64,000 nucleotides of DNA from Camelus ferus (GCF_009834535.1 NC_045697.1:111974001-112038000); one strand, 5' to 3'. Numbered from the stretch's first letter, positions 13,031 through 27,439 are shown. The notes: a model not told the origin generated them from the letters alone. Translations and numbers: made by a program.

Positions 13031-16000
13031 CCCACCTACATCTATGGATAAATCATGCAGACAGAAAATCAAGGAAACAGCAGCCTTAAATAAAATATTA
13101 GACCAGATGGATTTGGTAGAACTGTGCAGAACATTCCATCCAAATGCTGCAGAATACACATTCTTCTCCAGTGCACATGGAACTCTCTTAAGGATAGATC
13201 ATATATGGGGACATAAAATAAATCTTAATACATTTAAGAAGACTGAACTTGTTTCAAGTATCTTTTCTGATCACAGAGGTATAAAACTAGAATTCAACTA
13301 CAAGAAGAAAACTGGAAAAATCACAAATGTGTAAAATTAAATAACATGATGCTGAACAACTATTGAGTTAATGAAGAAATTACAGGAGAAATAAAAAATT
13401 ACCTAAGACAAATGAAAATGCATATACAACATACCAAAATCTATGGGATATAGCAAAAGTGGTACTAAGAAGGATGTTTATAGAAATATAAGCCTATATC
13501 AGGAAAAAAGAAAAAATTCAAATAAATACCTAAAGGAACTAGGAAAAATAAGAGCAAGTGAAGTCCAAAGTCTGTAGAAGGAAGGGAATAATAGAGATCA
13601 GAGTGGACATAAATGAAATAGAAACCAAAAAGATAGTAGAAAAGATCAATGAAACTATGAGCAGATTCTTTGAAAAGATAAACAAAATTGACAAATCTTT
13701 AGTTAGACTCATCAAGAAAAAAAGAGAAGGCTTTGAAAAATCAGAAACGAAAGAGGAGAAATAAGAATAGATACACAGAAACACAAAGGATTATAAGAGA
13801 CTATTATGAACAGCTATCTGCCAACAAATTGGACAACCTAGAGGAAATGGACAAGTTCTTAGAATCTTACAACCTTCCAAGACTGAATCATGAAGCAATC
13901 GAAAATCTGAACAGACGGATCACCAGTACAGAGATGAAACAGTAATCAAAAAGTTCCCAACAAACAGAAGTCCAGGACCAGAGGCTTCACAGATGAATTC
14001 TACCAAACATTCAAAGAAGATTTAAAACCTATCCTTCTCAAACTGTTTCAAAAAATTGAAGGGCTGGAAACACCTCCTAACTCATTTTGAGGCCCTGATA
14101 TCATAAACAGACAAAGGCAACACAAAAAAAAGAAAATTAAAGGCCATATCTCTGATGAACATAGACACAAAAATCCTCAACAAAATATTAGCAAAATGAA
14201 TGCAACAATACATTGCAAGGATAATACATCATGATCAGTGGGATTTATTCCAAGGTTGCAGAAATGGTTCAACAACCACAAATCAATCATCATGATACTT
14301 TACCTTAATAAAATGAAGGCTAAAAACCACATAATTATCTCAACAGATGCAGAAAAAGCATTTGACAAGATTCAACACCCATTTATAATAAAATTTCTTA
14401 ATAAAGTAGGTATAGAAGGAATATACTTCAATAAAGGCTATACACGACAAACTCACACCTAACATCATACTCAATGGTGAAAAACTGGAAGTTATCTCTC
14501 TAAAATTAGGAACAAAACAGGGATGTCAACTTTCATTACTCTTATTCAACATAGTGTTGGAAGTCCTAGCCAGAGCAATTAATAAGAAAAAGAAATAGAA
14601 GAGATCCAAATTGGAAAGGAAGAAGCAAGAGTGTCATTATTTGCAGATGAAATGATTTTATATATAGAAGACCCTAAAGACTGCACCAAAAACTATTAGA
14701 AATAATATACAAATATAGTAAAGTTTCAGGATACAAAATCAATATACAAAAATCTCTTGCATTTCTATGTGCTGACAAGTTAGCCGCAAGAGAAATTAAG
14801 AAAACAATCCCATTTACAATCATAACGAAAAGATAAAATACCTAGGAATAAATTTAACCAAGGAAGTGAAAGACCTGAACGTTGAAAACTATGACACTCT
14901 TGAAAGAAACTGAAGACACAAATAAATGCAAAGATATTCTACGCTCATGGACTGGAAGAATTAACATTGTCAAAATAACCATTTTACCTAAAGCAATCTA
15001 TAGATTCAATGCAATCATTATCAAAATCCCAAGGACATTTTTCACAGAAATAGAACAAAAAAATTCTAAAATTTTTATGAAACCACAAAAGGCCCTGAAT
15101 AGCCAAAGTAATCCTGAGAAAAAAAGAATAAAGCTGGGGGTATCACAGTCCCTGATTTCAAACTATATCACAAAGCTGTAGTAATCAAAACAGCATGATA
15201 TTGGCAGAAAAACCAGGTACATAGACCGACAGAAGAGAATTGAGAGCCCAGAAATAAACCCGCACATATATGGACAATTAATTCATGACAAAGGAGCAAA
15301 AAACATTCATTGGAGAAAAGACAGTCCTTCAATAAAGAGTATTGGGAAAACTGGACAGCCACATGCAAAAAAATGAAACTAGACCATTATCTCACATTAT
15401 ACTTAAAAATCAACTCAAAATGGATTAAAGACTTGAATTTAAAACCTGAAACCATAAAACTTCTAGAAGAAAACTTTGGCAGCATGCTCTTTGACATCAG
15501 TCTTAGCAATATCTTTATAGATATATCTCGTCAGGCTAGAGAAACAAAAGCAAAAATAGATAAATGGTACTACATCAAACTAAAAAGCTTTTGCACAGCA
15601 AAGAAAACCACCACCACCACCAACAAAAGATGATTTACCAAATGGGAGAAGATATTTGCAAGCAGTGTACCTGACAAAATACATAAAAACTTATACAACT
15701 CAACAGCAATAAAAAATGCAACCCAGTTAAAAAATGGTCAGAGACACTGAATAGACATTTTTCCAAAGAAGACATACAGATGGCCGACAGACACATGAAA
15801 AGATTTTCTGCATCATTAATCATCAGAGAAATGCAAGTCAAAACCATAATGAGATAGCACCTCACACCTGTCAGAATGGCTGTCATCAAAAAGACATGGA
15901 ATAACAAGTGCTTGGTGAGGATGTGGAGAAAAGGGAACCCTCGTGCCCTGTTGGTGGGAACGTAAATTGGTGCAGCCACTATGGAAAACAGTATGGAGAT

Positions 16001-16580
16001 TCCTCAAAAAATTAAGAATAGAACTACCATTTGATCCAGCTATCCCACTTCTGGGTATTTATGCAAAGAATATAAATGCACTAATTCAAAAAGATATCTG
16101 CACTCCCGTGTTCATCACAACATTATTTACAATAGACTATGGAAGCAAGCTAAGTGTCCATCAACAGATGAATGAATAAAGAGGATGTGATAGACACACA
16201 CACAGTGGAATATTACTCAGCCATAATGAATGAAATCTTGCCATTTGCTGCAACATGGATGGACCTTCCTCTGATGGAGGAAGATAAATACTGTAAGACT
16301 TCACTCATACATGGAATTTAAAAAAACAAACAAACCAAAATAAATGAACAAACTAAATCAAACAAAAACAATCACAAAGATACAGAAAACAGAGTAGTGG
16401 TTACCAGAGGGGAGGGTTAAATGGGTGAAGGGGTCAAGGGGGTCTGCTGTGTGGTGACAAATAGAAACTAAATATACAGTGGTAGGCACACTGAACCACC
16501 TACAGAAATAGAAATATAATATTGTACACATGAAACATACAATGTTATAAACCAATGTCACCTCAATACAAATAAATCCC
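13031..16580 (+). mobile_element. 5'-truncated, disabled L1 covering most of ORF2 plus the 3' UTR
   Basis: Fragmented ORF2 peptides ([47 protein letters not shown] near 14637, [12 protein letters not shown]) with many stops and frameshifts. Confidence 0.95.
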
Positions 16581-16589
16581 AAAACAATA

Positions 16590-18060
16590 AAATGATAAGG
16601 TTTCTAGGAGAAAAAAAAACATTGAAGAGTATCTTTGCAACTTGGAAATTAAAAAAGGATTTTAGGTAGCACACAAAAATTAATAACTATACAAAATACA
16701 GGTAATTAGACTCCATCAAATTTAAAACTAGTTCTCATCAAACTACACATTTAAGCAAATGAATGGGCAACTCACAGACTGGGAGAACATATCTGCATAA
16801 AAGATAGCTGACCCAAGACTTGCGCTGCAATATGTACTGGCAAAAACTCCTCCAACTCAATAATAAAAAAGCAAACCACCCAAGTTTTAAAAATCAAGCC
16901 AAATATTTGAACAGACATTCAACAAAGGAAACTATACAAATGACCCATAAGCCCATGGGAAAATGCTTAGCAACCTTAGTCATGAGGTAAATGCAAACAA
17001 AACCACAATGAGACAGCATTACCTCACAACCAGCAAAACAAAAATTTAAAGGGCTGACCACCTCAAAATTAGCAGGTGTGGAAAAACAGAAGTGAGGGAG
17101 ATAAAATGATGCAATCACTTTGGAAAAGGTTCTGATAGTGTCTTATAAAACTAAAATTATTAGTACATTATGAGCCAGCAAATCTACTCCTAAGTATTTA
17201 CACAAGAGGCTGAAAGCGTATGTCCAGTGAAAGTTACATGTGAGAAGCATGCTTGTTCATAATGGCCCCAAAGTGGATAAAGCTCAGGTGTCCATCTACA
17301 AAGGAATGGATCAACATACCTTGCTACACTGGTACAATGGAATATTATTGGAATACTACTTATCAGTAAAAAAGGAATAGTTTAACTGACACACTCAAAA
17401 ACATGAATGAATCTAAAAAGAATCGCATGTGCATTCTGTATCAAGGAGAAGAAGAGAGTTTGCCTCTAGGGATGGGAAAAGGGACTGACTGGGCGGGGGA
17501 GTCAAAAGCCTTTGAAGATCTGAAACGATGGTGTTGTTCTATATCTTGACAGGGGCTTGGATTACACAAAGGTATATGTTCACCAAAATTCATCAGTGGT
17601 AGGATGCATGCTTAGCATGCACAAGGTCCTGGGTTCACTCCCCAGTATCTCCACTAAAAATAAGTTAAAAAATAAATAAACCTAATTACCCTCCCAAAAT
17701 AAATAAATAAATAAAATATAATTTAAAAACATCTCATCAAATGGTATAAAAAAAAGTGGCGCATTTCACTGTCCATGAATTTTATCACAAGGAAAAAGTT
17801 AAACAAGTGTCAAACTCTAGTCAGTGATATGTAACCCTAAGTGCTTAGGTAAAGCATATTGAGATTTGCAGCTTTAAAATGCATCATGAAAGTAATGAAG
17901 AAGAATTGATGGATAGATGAGTGGATATCGGACAGTACCTGAAGAAGCTAATACAGCTAAATGTTCACTGTAGACCCTATGTGGTAGTTATTGGTGCGTT
18001 CACGGTATAATTATTTCCATTTTTCTGTTCGCTTGGAATTTTTCATAATAAAAAGTTGGG
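16590..18060 (+). mobile_element. Old L1 (L1M-type) 3' region
   Basis: Diverged ORF2 end (gactgggagaacatatctgca, atgcaaacaaaaccacaatgaga) and an old 3' UTR ending in ttttcataataaaaagtt. Confidence 0.75.
17595..17728 (+). mobile_element. tRNA-derived SINE, 5'-truncated, nested in L1
   Basis: agtggtaggatgcatgcttagcatgcacaaggtcctgggttca...acctaattaccc followed by (taaa)n. Confidence 0.85.
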
Positions 18061-19455
18061 AACAAAACGTTTTTGCTGCTCAGTCCCAGATAAAATAACT
18101 CAAGGTGGGGCTTTTAGATGTGAAAAGCAGCATTTTGTGTGTGTTTGTGCGGACTGATTATAAATACTGCATCCCAGAGACATTTTGTTTTTAATTGTTG
18201 ATAATGTCATTGCTGCTCTGTCTCAACAGAGAGTTGTCTTGTGAGCCTGGGGAGCTCTTCTGTACCTCATCACACAACACAACATCAGTTTGATCAAACC
18301 TGATTTTTGAGACATTCCCCACAATATTTTATGTCAGATTGCTAGTTGAATATTTAGAAAAAAATTATGTTGGTCACAGATTTATATCCCCAGAGTTATG
18401 TTACAGGGCTTTAGAAATATTCAGGAAGAAATGTTGTCATTTATCTGCTTTCAAGCTACACTAAAAATAAATACATCATTATTTAACTATATTCCTCAGA
18501 ATTATTTCTCTTGAAATTATTTCTTGTTTTCATCATATTTTAACAGCAAGAAAGTCCGAGTGTGGTCTTGTGATTTCATTTAATTTGCTGTATTCAACCC
18601 TAGAATTAAATGAAAAGACGTTATCTTCTAACTTGGGGGGTGGGAAACTAGCACAAAGAAACCAATCATAGCAAAGGAGGAGAAAGGTATTCAGAAGGGC
18701 TGTTCGACAAAGTAGAGATTTTTCCTCCACCTTTTAACTATATTTCTCTTAGTTTAAAAAAAAAATCTTCAGGAAGAACAGTAAGTGAATTTCATAGCTC
18801 TGGTGGTAGAATATATTACTGGTCCATATGGACTAATAAAAAGATAGTTTCGTTTAGAGATTAAAAAGTATAAGGATTTTGTAAAAAACTTACCAGCAGT
18901 ATTCCTGTCCCTGAGAGAGGCTAGGCAGAAACCCATGAGGCTGATTCACACAGAGGCTTCAGTGTCTTGGGGTCAGGACGGGACAGGCTGCAGCCGTTAA
19001 TAAACATTTCACTGAACTCTACCAGGCAGTGAAAACGTAGGTGCTTCCTGAGGCCACTTCATTAAGCAAAGTTTAGTAATCTCCTAGCTGGAGTAGGATT
19101 TGTCCAAGGAGAAGCTGTACCTCTAAAAGAAAGGGAAAAAAAAAAAAACAACTTCTGAAGTATCAAAAAGGAAACAGTGTGAATAAAATTCAGTTATTTA
19201 TTTACCATCAGTGTCACACCCTCCTGCAAATACTACCAACATTCATAGTTCTGAGCCAGCAGAGCGGGTCCTCAACTGACACACATGGAGGTTCAACAGG
19301 TGGTTTATGGGAGTGACGTGGCTGAACACAGGTCAATTTCTATAGTCTTCTTTAAGGATTAGCCGGGCTGAACAAATATGAGTTTGGTGAAAAATTAACC
19401 ACTTTTCAACCACTGTTTATCTTGAGACTTTACAATTAGTTGTCAGCTTGTCTTG

Positions 19456-19566
19456 GGTTTTTTGGGGTTTTTTAAAATTTTTTTTTAATGGAGGTACTGG
19501 AGATTGAACCCAGGACCTCATGTCTGCTAAGCATGGGCTCTACCACGGAGCTATTCCCCACCCCCT
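19456..19566 (-). mobile_element. tRNA-derived SINE
   Basis: Reverse complement of the SINE head; TSD agcttgtcttg on both sides. Confidence 0.9.
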
Positions 19567-19984
19567 AGCTTGTCTTGTTTTTTTTCCTTGCATTTTAAGT
19601 AGCCCCCTCTTTTTTTTTTTTTTTTTTGATGTTTACTTCCCTAGATTATCTCATTCCTTTACTTTCTCTTATTCATTATTATTATTTTTTACCCTACAAG
19701 CATTAATTAATAAATTAATGCAGTAAGAGCAATACTTCTGGGAAGACTTTAGCACTAATTAAATGTTCCCCTTCTGAGGCCTTTGAATGGAGGGAGTTAT
19801 TACAAGGGGCTGCTAAATTTACATGTCTGCTGTATGAAAGTCTGTGATCTCTCCCAAAATGCAAGAAATACCACACTGATGTCTGAAAGAACAGGGGAAA
19901 TTGAGACAGGGAAGCTCCAAGCCCTGTCACAGGCCACGTTCCACGGGGTTCTAATTCAGCCTCCCCACTCCTCAACAGCACTTC

Positions 19985-20157
19985 CATGACAAGACTCCCC
20001 AGCAAGTTAGGAGTGGAAGGAATCGTCCTCAACCTGATAACAGGTATTTGTAAAAACCTAGAGTAATCCTTATCCTTAAAGGTGAAACACTGAATGCTTT
20101 TCTCCTAAGGCAGTCTAGCCACTTTTGACATTACACTGGAGGTTCTAGCCAGGGCAG
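19985..20157 (+). mobile_element. Old L1 ORF2 fragment
   Basis: gaaggaatcgtcctcaacctgata...ggtgaaacactgaatgcttttc...ctggaggttctagccagggca. Confidence 0.65.
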
Positions 20158-20201
20158 AGTGTGCCTTTCATAGCACTTCCACGTAGAAATTTCCTTCTTT
20201 C

Positions 20202-21095
20202 AGACATATAAATGGCCAACAGGCACATGAAAAAATGCTTGGTATCGCTAATTATCAGAGAAATGCAGATCAAAACTACAATGAGATATCACCCCATACC
20301 AGTCAGAATGGCCATCATTCAAAAGTCCATGAATGAAAAACCCTGGAGAGGGTGTGGGGAAAAGGGAACCCTCCTACACTGCTGGTGGGAATGCAGTATG
20401 GTGCAGACATTATGGAAAACAGTATGGAGGTTCCCTCAAAGGACTGAAAATAGACTTACCATATGATCCAGCAATCTCACTCCTGGGCATATATCCAGAG
20501 GGAACCTTAATTCAAAAAGATACATGCACCCCAATGTTCACAGCAGCACTATTTACAATAGCCAAGACATGTAAACAACCTAGATGTCCATTGACAGGTG
20601 ACTGGATAAAGAAGATGTGGTACATTTATACAACAGAATACTACTCAGCCATAAAAAGGATAAAATAATGCCATTTGCAGCAACATGGATGGACCTGGAG
20701 AAGGTCATTCTAAGTGAAGTAAGCCAGAAAGAGAAAGAAAAATACCATATGATATCACTTAAATATGGAATCAATTAAAAAGACAAATGAACTTTTACAA
20801 AACAGAAACAGACTCACAGACATAGAAAACAAACTTACGGTTACCAGGGAGAAATGAGGTGGGAAGGGATAAATTGTAAGTTCGAGATTTGCGGATACGA
20901 ACTACTATATATAAAATAGATAAACAAATTTCTACTGTATAGCACAGGGAACTATGTTCAGTGTCTTGGAGTAACCTATAATGAAAAAGAATCTGAAAAG
21001 GAATATATGTATGTATATGTATGACTAAAACATTATGCTGTGCACCAGAAATTGACACATTGTAAACTGACTGCAGTTCAATTTAAAAAAAAGGA
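20202..21095 (+). mobile_element. 5'-truncated young L1 3' end
   Basis: MANRHMKKC...[13 protein letters not shown], 3' UTR and polyA; TSD aaatttcctt. Confidence 0.95.
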
Positions 21096-21119
21096 AAAAA
21101 TTTCCTTTTTTTGCTGAAG

Positions 21120-22050
21120 CTTTCCAGAATCAAGGGACACACAACTTCTGGAAGTAGTCTGTTCCATTTTTGTAGAATTCCATTAGAAAAGATCAATTTA
21201 CATTAAATCAAATTTAGTTTCCCTGAAATTTCTTCCAACAGTGCTTATTTTTATCATTTTAGGCACATGGAAGGTTCCTACTTCCTCTTCCACCTGGAGC
21301 ACTTGGGCTATTTGAGGACAGCTTCCATTCCATCTGAGACTTCAATTTGCTAGTTCTTTTCTCTGCTTTGCCCTCTGTCATGAGCTGAAGTCCCGTGAAT
21401 CCTGGCTGTGTTCAGGTAAGTCATTTCTGTCTTACATGAAATGTCATGGTCTGTCAGTGTCCTTCTAGGAAGTGTGGAGTCCAGGGGGTCGGCATCTACA
21501 GAAGTCCTGCCCTGCACACAGCAGAACAGGGGTGTTGCCTCTGCATTCTGGGTGACGACCTCTCCATACACAGAAGCAGCATCCTCACTGCGAGCTGACA
21601 TCCCCGAGCCGCTCTTACACCTGCTGCAGATAAACTAGACCTTCCAGGCCCTGCACTAGTGAAGACCGTTTCTTTGAAAATAGGTATGAGTCTTTATGTC
21701 TCTTTCTCTCAAATTTCATTTTCCTAGCTTTCACACAATGTCAGGGCCATCTAATTCTGTCACATAACGTATATCATCTCTTACGGCTTTGTGTCTTTCA
21801 GTTTTGATAAGCATATCCTTTTCTGTGTCTAGTTGTTGGTAGAACTCTTGAAAATCATGGGCTGAAGCCAGCACTTGAAATCTGCGAAATGATTCAAATC
21901 TATTAATCAGTATTCTGTGGTTATGTTGTTCAACCAGCTACTGATCCTCGAAGAGATATTGCATCCACTCATGCTTCTCTGTTTAATTGGAGATCATTAT
22001 GAGGACACTGTGGAGGACTTGCTGGCTGCCAGTTAAACTCTTTTGCTAAT
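21120..22050 (-). mobile_element. L3/CR1 LINE fossil
   Basis: Similar layout to 8575-9180 (agtctgttccattttt...cattagaaa; tatttgaggacagc; tattaatcagtattctgtggttatgttgttcaaccagcta). Confidence 0.55.
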
Positions 22051-22159
22051 TGCTCTGAACTAACTCAGGGAAAGAAGGTTGGTCCAGGACCATTGCATTG
22101 TGGTCTGACCAGAGTTTTCTCTTCTAGGGGTTGATAGTTGTTCCCTTTAATAGTGAACC

Positions 22160-22638
22160 TGTTGCCGAAAGATCACCCCCATACCTGACGAGCCAAATAA
22201 CCCAGAGACAAGGTCTTGGAGCTTAGAAGAAAAGAGGCAATTTCATTGCCTTGCCGGGCAAAGGGGACTCACAGCAGGCTGGTGCCTTCAGAACTGCAAC
22301 CCCACCTTCGAGATGGGGTGGGTAGTTATCTAGCCATAGCTCAAACAATACAGCATTGATAACAAGCAGCAGAATCATTTTCTCATCAGAAGACTTAGAA
22401 TGGCAACATGATGCCTCCAGGCGACCAGTTCTATAGAGGCCAGCGGTTAGATCTCTTTATCTTATAAGCACTCAAGGTGTGGTCTTCTTGGTAATTCAGG
22501 CTATTTCATAAGGTTAAAGTCCTGTGAACTTCTCCCTTGAGATCTCCCTGGAGATTGACTCAAAGACCAAGCATGATTACAGCTTCTGATTATTGGAATA
22601 AAGTAGAAACAGCAAGACCAATAGCTTTAGTCTTAACA
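22160..22638 (-). mobile_element. ERV solo LTR
   Basis: Minus strand runs TGTTAAG...CGGCAACA with an AATGAA polyA-like signal near the 3' end; TSD imperfect. Confidence 0.65.
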
Positions 22639-23509
22639 GTGGGCCTGGAGCTGTGAGTAGCAACCGGTCAGTCAGGCCAGTTGACCGTTTTAAGGGCGAG
22701 CATAGGAATAAGCCATCTGTTAGCCTAAGTGCAGCCACTTTATTAATCCTCCTTCAAACTCTCCCTCGAGATGTGGTACTTCTGGCCTCTGATGAGGTGA
22801 GGATGTAGGCTGTGGAGCAAACCATGACCTTTTTCAGAGTAGAGAACGTTTGGTAGTTTGGGTTTTCCCAAGGTGTTTAAGTGGGGTTCTAGATTTGGAA
22901 CCTAATGAGATTATTTGGTTCTGTGAACATCTCAGTTTTATTTCAAGGCAAATTCTACTTTAGCATATACGGTGTAGATAAGATGTGTATAAAGATTAGT
23001 CCTGTAACATTAAGACCCGAAAGGAACACAAAGCAAATTTGCTTTAGATATGGATTTTGTTTTTAATGTACATTTTATATTAAGGTTTAAAATCCAAAAG
23101 GTTCAAAAGGGAATACAAAATTCTTGCTCTCATTCTTGTTTTTTAGGCATTTACTTATCTCACTAAAGACCACAAACTTCAACTCATACAATCAAATATG
23201 CAGAAATACTCTGCTTTATTTTTAGCACAAGTAAGTAGATTACTACATACATTTTACTGTATTTTGATTTTTCCATTTAATATATCTTGGAGATTATTCT
23301 AAGATAAATATATTTTTAAAATAAAGTTATGAGGGTTTGTTCTTTTATTTTTATTTTTTTAATTATTTTTAATTCTTGATAATTGAGAAATTAAAACATA
23401 TACACAAACACATACCAATATACCCGCTGTTCAGCTTCAGTAATGATCAACTCTAGGTGAGTTATCAACTCATAGCAATTATCAACTCCATTCTCTATGA
23501 TTTTTTTAA

Positions 23510-23900
23510 ATTTGAATTTTTACATATGAATTTTTTAAAAATATGGTATTATATTAATATGTACAACATAGTGATTCAGTATTTTTATACGTTATGAAAT
23601 GATCACCACAAAAAGTCCAGCTACCATCTGTCACCACTCAAAGCTGTCCCAGTATTATGGACTATTCTCTTTGTGTACATTACCTCCCCGTGATTTATTT
23701 ATTACATAACTGGAAATTTTCACCTCTTGATCCCCTTCATCTGTTTCGTCTGTCCCCACCCGCCCCTCTGGCAACCACCAGTTTATTCTCTGTATCTATG
23801 AATCTGTTTCTGGTTTTCTTACTTTGTTTTTAGATTCCACCTAGAAGTGAAATCATGGGGTTTTCATCTTTCTCTGTCTGATTTAGTTCACTTAGCATAA
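23510..23900 (-). mobile_element. L1 3' UTR fragment (older subfamily)
   Basis: cccctctggcaaccaccagtttattctctgtatctatga...tagattccac...ttcacttagcataa. Confidence 0.85.
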
Positions 23901-24027
23901 CAGTAGGTTTGATATTTTATAATACTATATCAAAATAATTTTTTCCTGTCCTGTATTTTTTTATTTTCACATTAAAATACTATTAAATACCACATTAAAG
24001 TCAAATTATTTAAAAAGTTATAATAGA

Positions 24028-24041
24028 CCACTAGGTGGTGC
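24028..24041 (+). promoter_or_regulatory. CTCF core motif
   Basis: CCACTAGGTGGTGC in AT-rich context, one common deviation from consensus. Confidence 0.55.
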
Positions 24042-24320
24042 TGTCATCACAAAGAAATGAAATGCATAGTATTTTAAAAATAATTTGCACATGGTAAGGA
24101 AAAAACCCAACTACTAAAAAACCGTACAAAGTAAAAAATGTGGGCTAAACTTCTAATTCTACTATTCTACAAAGGTAGTCGCTGATAACATGGAGATTTT
24201 CTCTTTTCCCAGTTATTTTACCCATATTAGTATACCTCTATATTAATTTTTCGATTATTAATATATTCTTTAATAAAAAACTTATCTCATCCATACATTG
24301 TTATTTTGAAACTTACTTTT

Positions 24321-24491
24321 AAAAATATATTTTATTTATTTATTACTGTATTACTTAATAATTTTATTTTTGGCAGGGAGGGGCAGAGAGGTAATTAGGT
24401 TTATTTATTTTTAGAGGAGGTACTGGGGATTGAACCCCGGACCTCGTGCATGCTAGGCATGTGCCTCTACCACTGAGCTACACCCTCCCCC
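24321..24491 (-). mobile_element. tRNA-derived SINE, full length
   Basis: Reverse complement of head and tail; TSD tgaaacttactttt. Confidence 0.92.
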
Positions 24492-24919
24492 TGAAACTTA
24501 CTTTTTTAAGCTAACAGTATGTAATAGAGTTCTTTCCATGTCAGCAAATATCATTAGTTTTATTCTTCAATAAAAGTTGTTGAGTAAACTGTTTTAAATG
24601 CTCAGAAAATTATAACATGTTCCAATTATATTTTATTTGTGTCATAATTATTTAATGTTATTCTTATTTGTTATAATTGATTTCACTGCTAATAACAGCT
24701 ATTTAGGTTGCTTCTGCATTCTTGCTTGTGCAAACAGCAGTGCGGAACCCTTCCCTGTGCGTTAATGTTTTGGGCCCTTAGTGAGCCCTTTCAGTCTGGA
24801 AACTTATGCCCTTCTATTCTGCAAAAATTCTTGTTTAGTTCTTTGATAATTTCCTCCCCCTCTATTTTCTCTTTCAAGAATTCCTATTATTCAGATGAAT
24901 AATCCTGTTAGACACTTTC

Positions 24920-25075
24920 TTCTTTCCTTCTTCCTTCCTTCCTTCCTTCCTTCCTTCCTTCCTTCCTTCCTTCCTCCTTCCTTCCTTTCTTCCAGAAAAG
25001 GTACTGGGGATTGAACCCAGGACCTTGTGTAGGCTGAGCATGTGCTCTCCCACTTGAGTTGTACCCTCCTCCCCC
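24920..25075 (-). mobile_element. tRNA-derived SINE whose tail has expanded into a (TTCC)n microsatellite (~24924-24985)
   Basis: ggtactggggattgaacccaggacc preceded by (ttcc)n. Confidence 0.88.
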
Positions 25076-25412
25076 CATCCATTTTTTAAAAATACCTTTC
25101 ACTTCTATTTTTCATCTGTATCTCTTTGTTCTCCTGCTTTGTGTCCTCAGTTTTATTTTCTGATCCTCAGACTCTTTATATCTGCTGTCATTTGTTTTTC
25201 TCAAAATTTATTCATATTATATTATATATTGTATTGTATTATATTATATTATATTATATATATCATATTATAAATGACATTGTGAATGAAAACGAGGTGA
25301 ATCAAAGTGCAGCACTGAAATAAGGTTCAGATAATGCTTTAGTCATTATGAGACCACATGTGGTAGGTCACCCCAAGTTGTTTTAATCTAATAACGCATT
25401 TTCCATTTTCAG

Positions 25413-25524
25413 TGGGGCCACCAACTCTCCTGGCTTGCCTGGGACTGTGGGTGTCCTGGTATGGAAGACATTCTGTGCTAAAATGAAGGTGGTCCCGGAC
25501 AAGCCAGGATGGTTGGTCTCCCTA
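25413..25524. mobile_element. MER81-like hAT-Blackjack non-autonomous DNA transposon
   Basis: ~112 bp with terminal inverted repeats tggggccaccaactctcctggcttgcctgggac / gtcccggacaagccaggatggttggtctcccta. Confidence 0.8.
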
Positions 25525-26359
25525 CATCTGGATACCCTCTTTTGGTGGCATCCTTTTCTTTTTCCTTAGTTGCAATTGTCTTTTTTTTTTTCTCCCTCTA
25601 AAAATGTTAACCATAGTTTTTAAAAGGACTTTGTTTTTCACTGTATTAAGTGTTGTCTCTACTTCTTTGGGCTCCTTTGGTTTATTTATTTTAGTCTGTC
25701 CTTTGAGTTGGAGACATTGCACAAATATCTTATAACTGGCTGAACATATTTGCGAGTATTGACTGGAAGCTTTGGGAGGGCGGCAGGGTCTGTCAGCCAC
25801 TGCGTGTTACTGCAGAGGGATTGGGGAGGGACCCAGCATGTCACTGTCAGATGGTCAAATGTCAGCCTAGAGTACTTTTCATCTGGTAGGCCAGTTTTCC
25901 CAAACAGAAATTCTCCATGTGCTGCTGGGCGGCCACCCTTCCGTGGGAGCAGGGGGCGGAGCAGAGGACGGGGTGGCAATGTCTGGTAAGTCTGGTAAGC
26001 AGGAAGGGCTGGTTAGCAGCAGTGTTTGGTAATCAGAAAGGTCTGGTAGGCAGAAAGGTCTGGAAAGCAGGCTTCCATGACTCCTCTGTTCTCAAGTGTG
26101 GACTTCGCTCTATCAGTTGTGTCTCTGGGACTAGATGCTTTGTGGCTCAAACTTTTCAAGACTGCAAAGACCTTGTCTTTTACTGTTTGCTGGAGAGAGA
26201 TCTTTCCCTAGTTGGGTTGGAAGAGGAACCGTTTCTGGGAGTCCAGTCCAATTCCTCTTTTGTAATGACTTTTCAGTTAATTCTCCAGATTTCAATTTCA
26301 AATATTACAGAGTCTCATGGTCTTATTCTCAAAACCTTGTAAAGATGTCCTGGTTATTT

Positions 26360-26765
26360 CCTGTCTCCTAACACCTGTCCTTAATGCCCCCTCTGCAGAC
26401 TCATTCCCAGCATGTCAAGTGCAATCCCAGTTCAGGACGCTTGTATTTGCGGTGCCGCCTTCCACCAGGTCTTCAAGTGCGTGGCCCCTCAATTCCTTCA
26501 GTCTTTGCTCAAATGGCACTTTTTCTGCGAGGGCTTTCCAGGTCAGCAGACTTTAAAATGTACTTCCGCCCATGCTACCTACCTGTGTTCTGATTTTTTT
26601 CACAGCCCTTATGACTATATGTATATATTTATATATATGTATATTTAATAGAACATAAGCTCCCTATTAGAAGGATTAGATTAGGTTCATGAAGACAGGC
26701 ATTTTGGCTTCCTTATTTCACCCGATTTCCCCAATAAACAGGTGTGCTTGGCAAATAGAATGATT
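26360..26765 (+). mobile_element. L2 3' fragment
   Basis: ccttcagtctttgctcaaatggcact...ttcatgaagacaggcattttgg. Confidence 0.6.
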
Positions 26766-27439
26766 TGCATTTCATTTCTGTCCTGCACTTCCACTTTTAG
26801 AAGTATCTGGTGCCTTAACTCTTGGGTCTTTCCAGGGCAAAACAAATAGGCTTGATTCTCCTTCATTGCCCAACCCTATATGCACTTAATTTCCAGATGT
26901 CTCCGTTCTAACTCAGTACCACTTCCACGTCTGCTTTCTAGATTCTAAAATTTTGTGCTCCGTTCGGTCTTCTGTTGTCTCATTTCATGCTGTCTTTGTC
27001 TTTACAAAATTATGCCTTCATAAAAAAAAATCCTCTATTGTAATCTTAGTAGGGGTTTGGGAAAAGATGGAGAAAATCATGTGCGTTCTCCTCATGAAAT
27101 TTAAGCAGAAGTCCTGAAGCATTTCTCTACATATTTTGGCTACTCGTATTTACCGTTGTATGAAGTGCATTTTCCTTAGTGTTGCTCCTCTTTTGCTGTT
27201 TAACGGTGATTCGTTTTGTAAATCAAGACTATGAGCTCTCTGTCATTTATGCTCCAAAGATTTTCCTCAGAAAGTTGTTCGGTTTTGGATTTTGTGTGAC
27301 TCTATGTTTGCTGGTTTGTGACATTTTATTTTGTCAAATCTTTTCCTAAATAGCAATTGTGCTCATTCTTTGATTCCATTTCTGAATTCTCCAGTATGTT
27401 TGACCTGCTTGTAGTTTTGTTTTTTTCTTTTGTTTATAG

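Noticed and set aside
12960..16179. L1 ORF2 ORFs as a functional reverse transcriptase gene
   Set aside because: 5'-truncated, many stops and frameshifts, and the catalytic FADD motif reads FADE.
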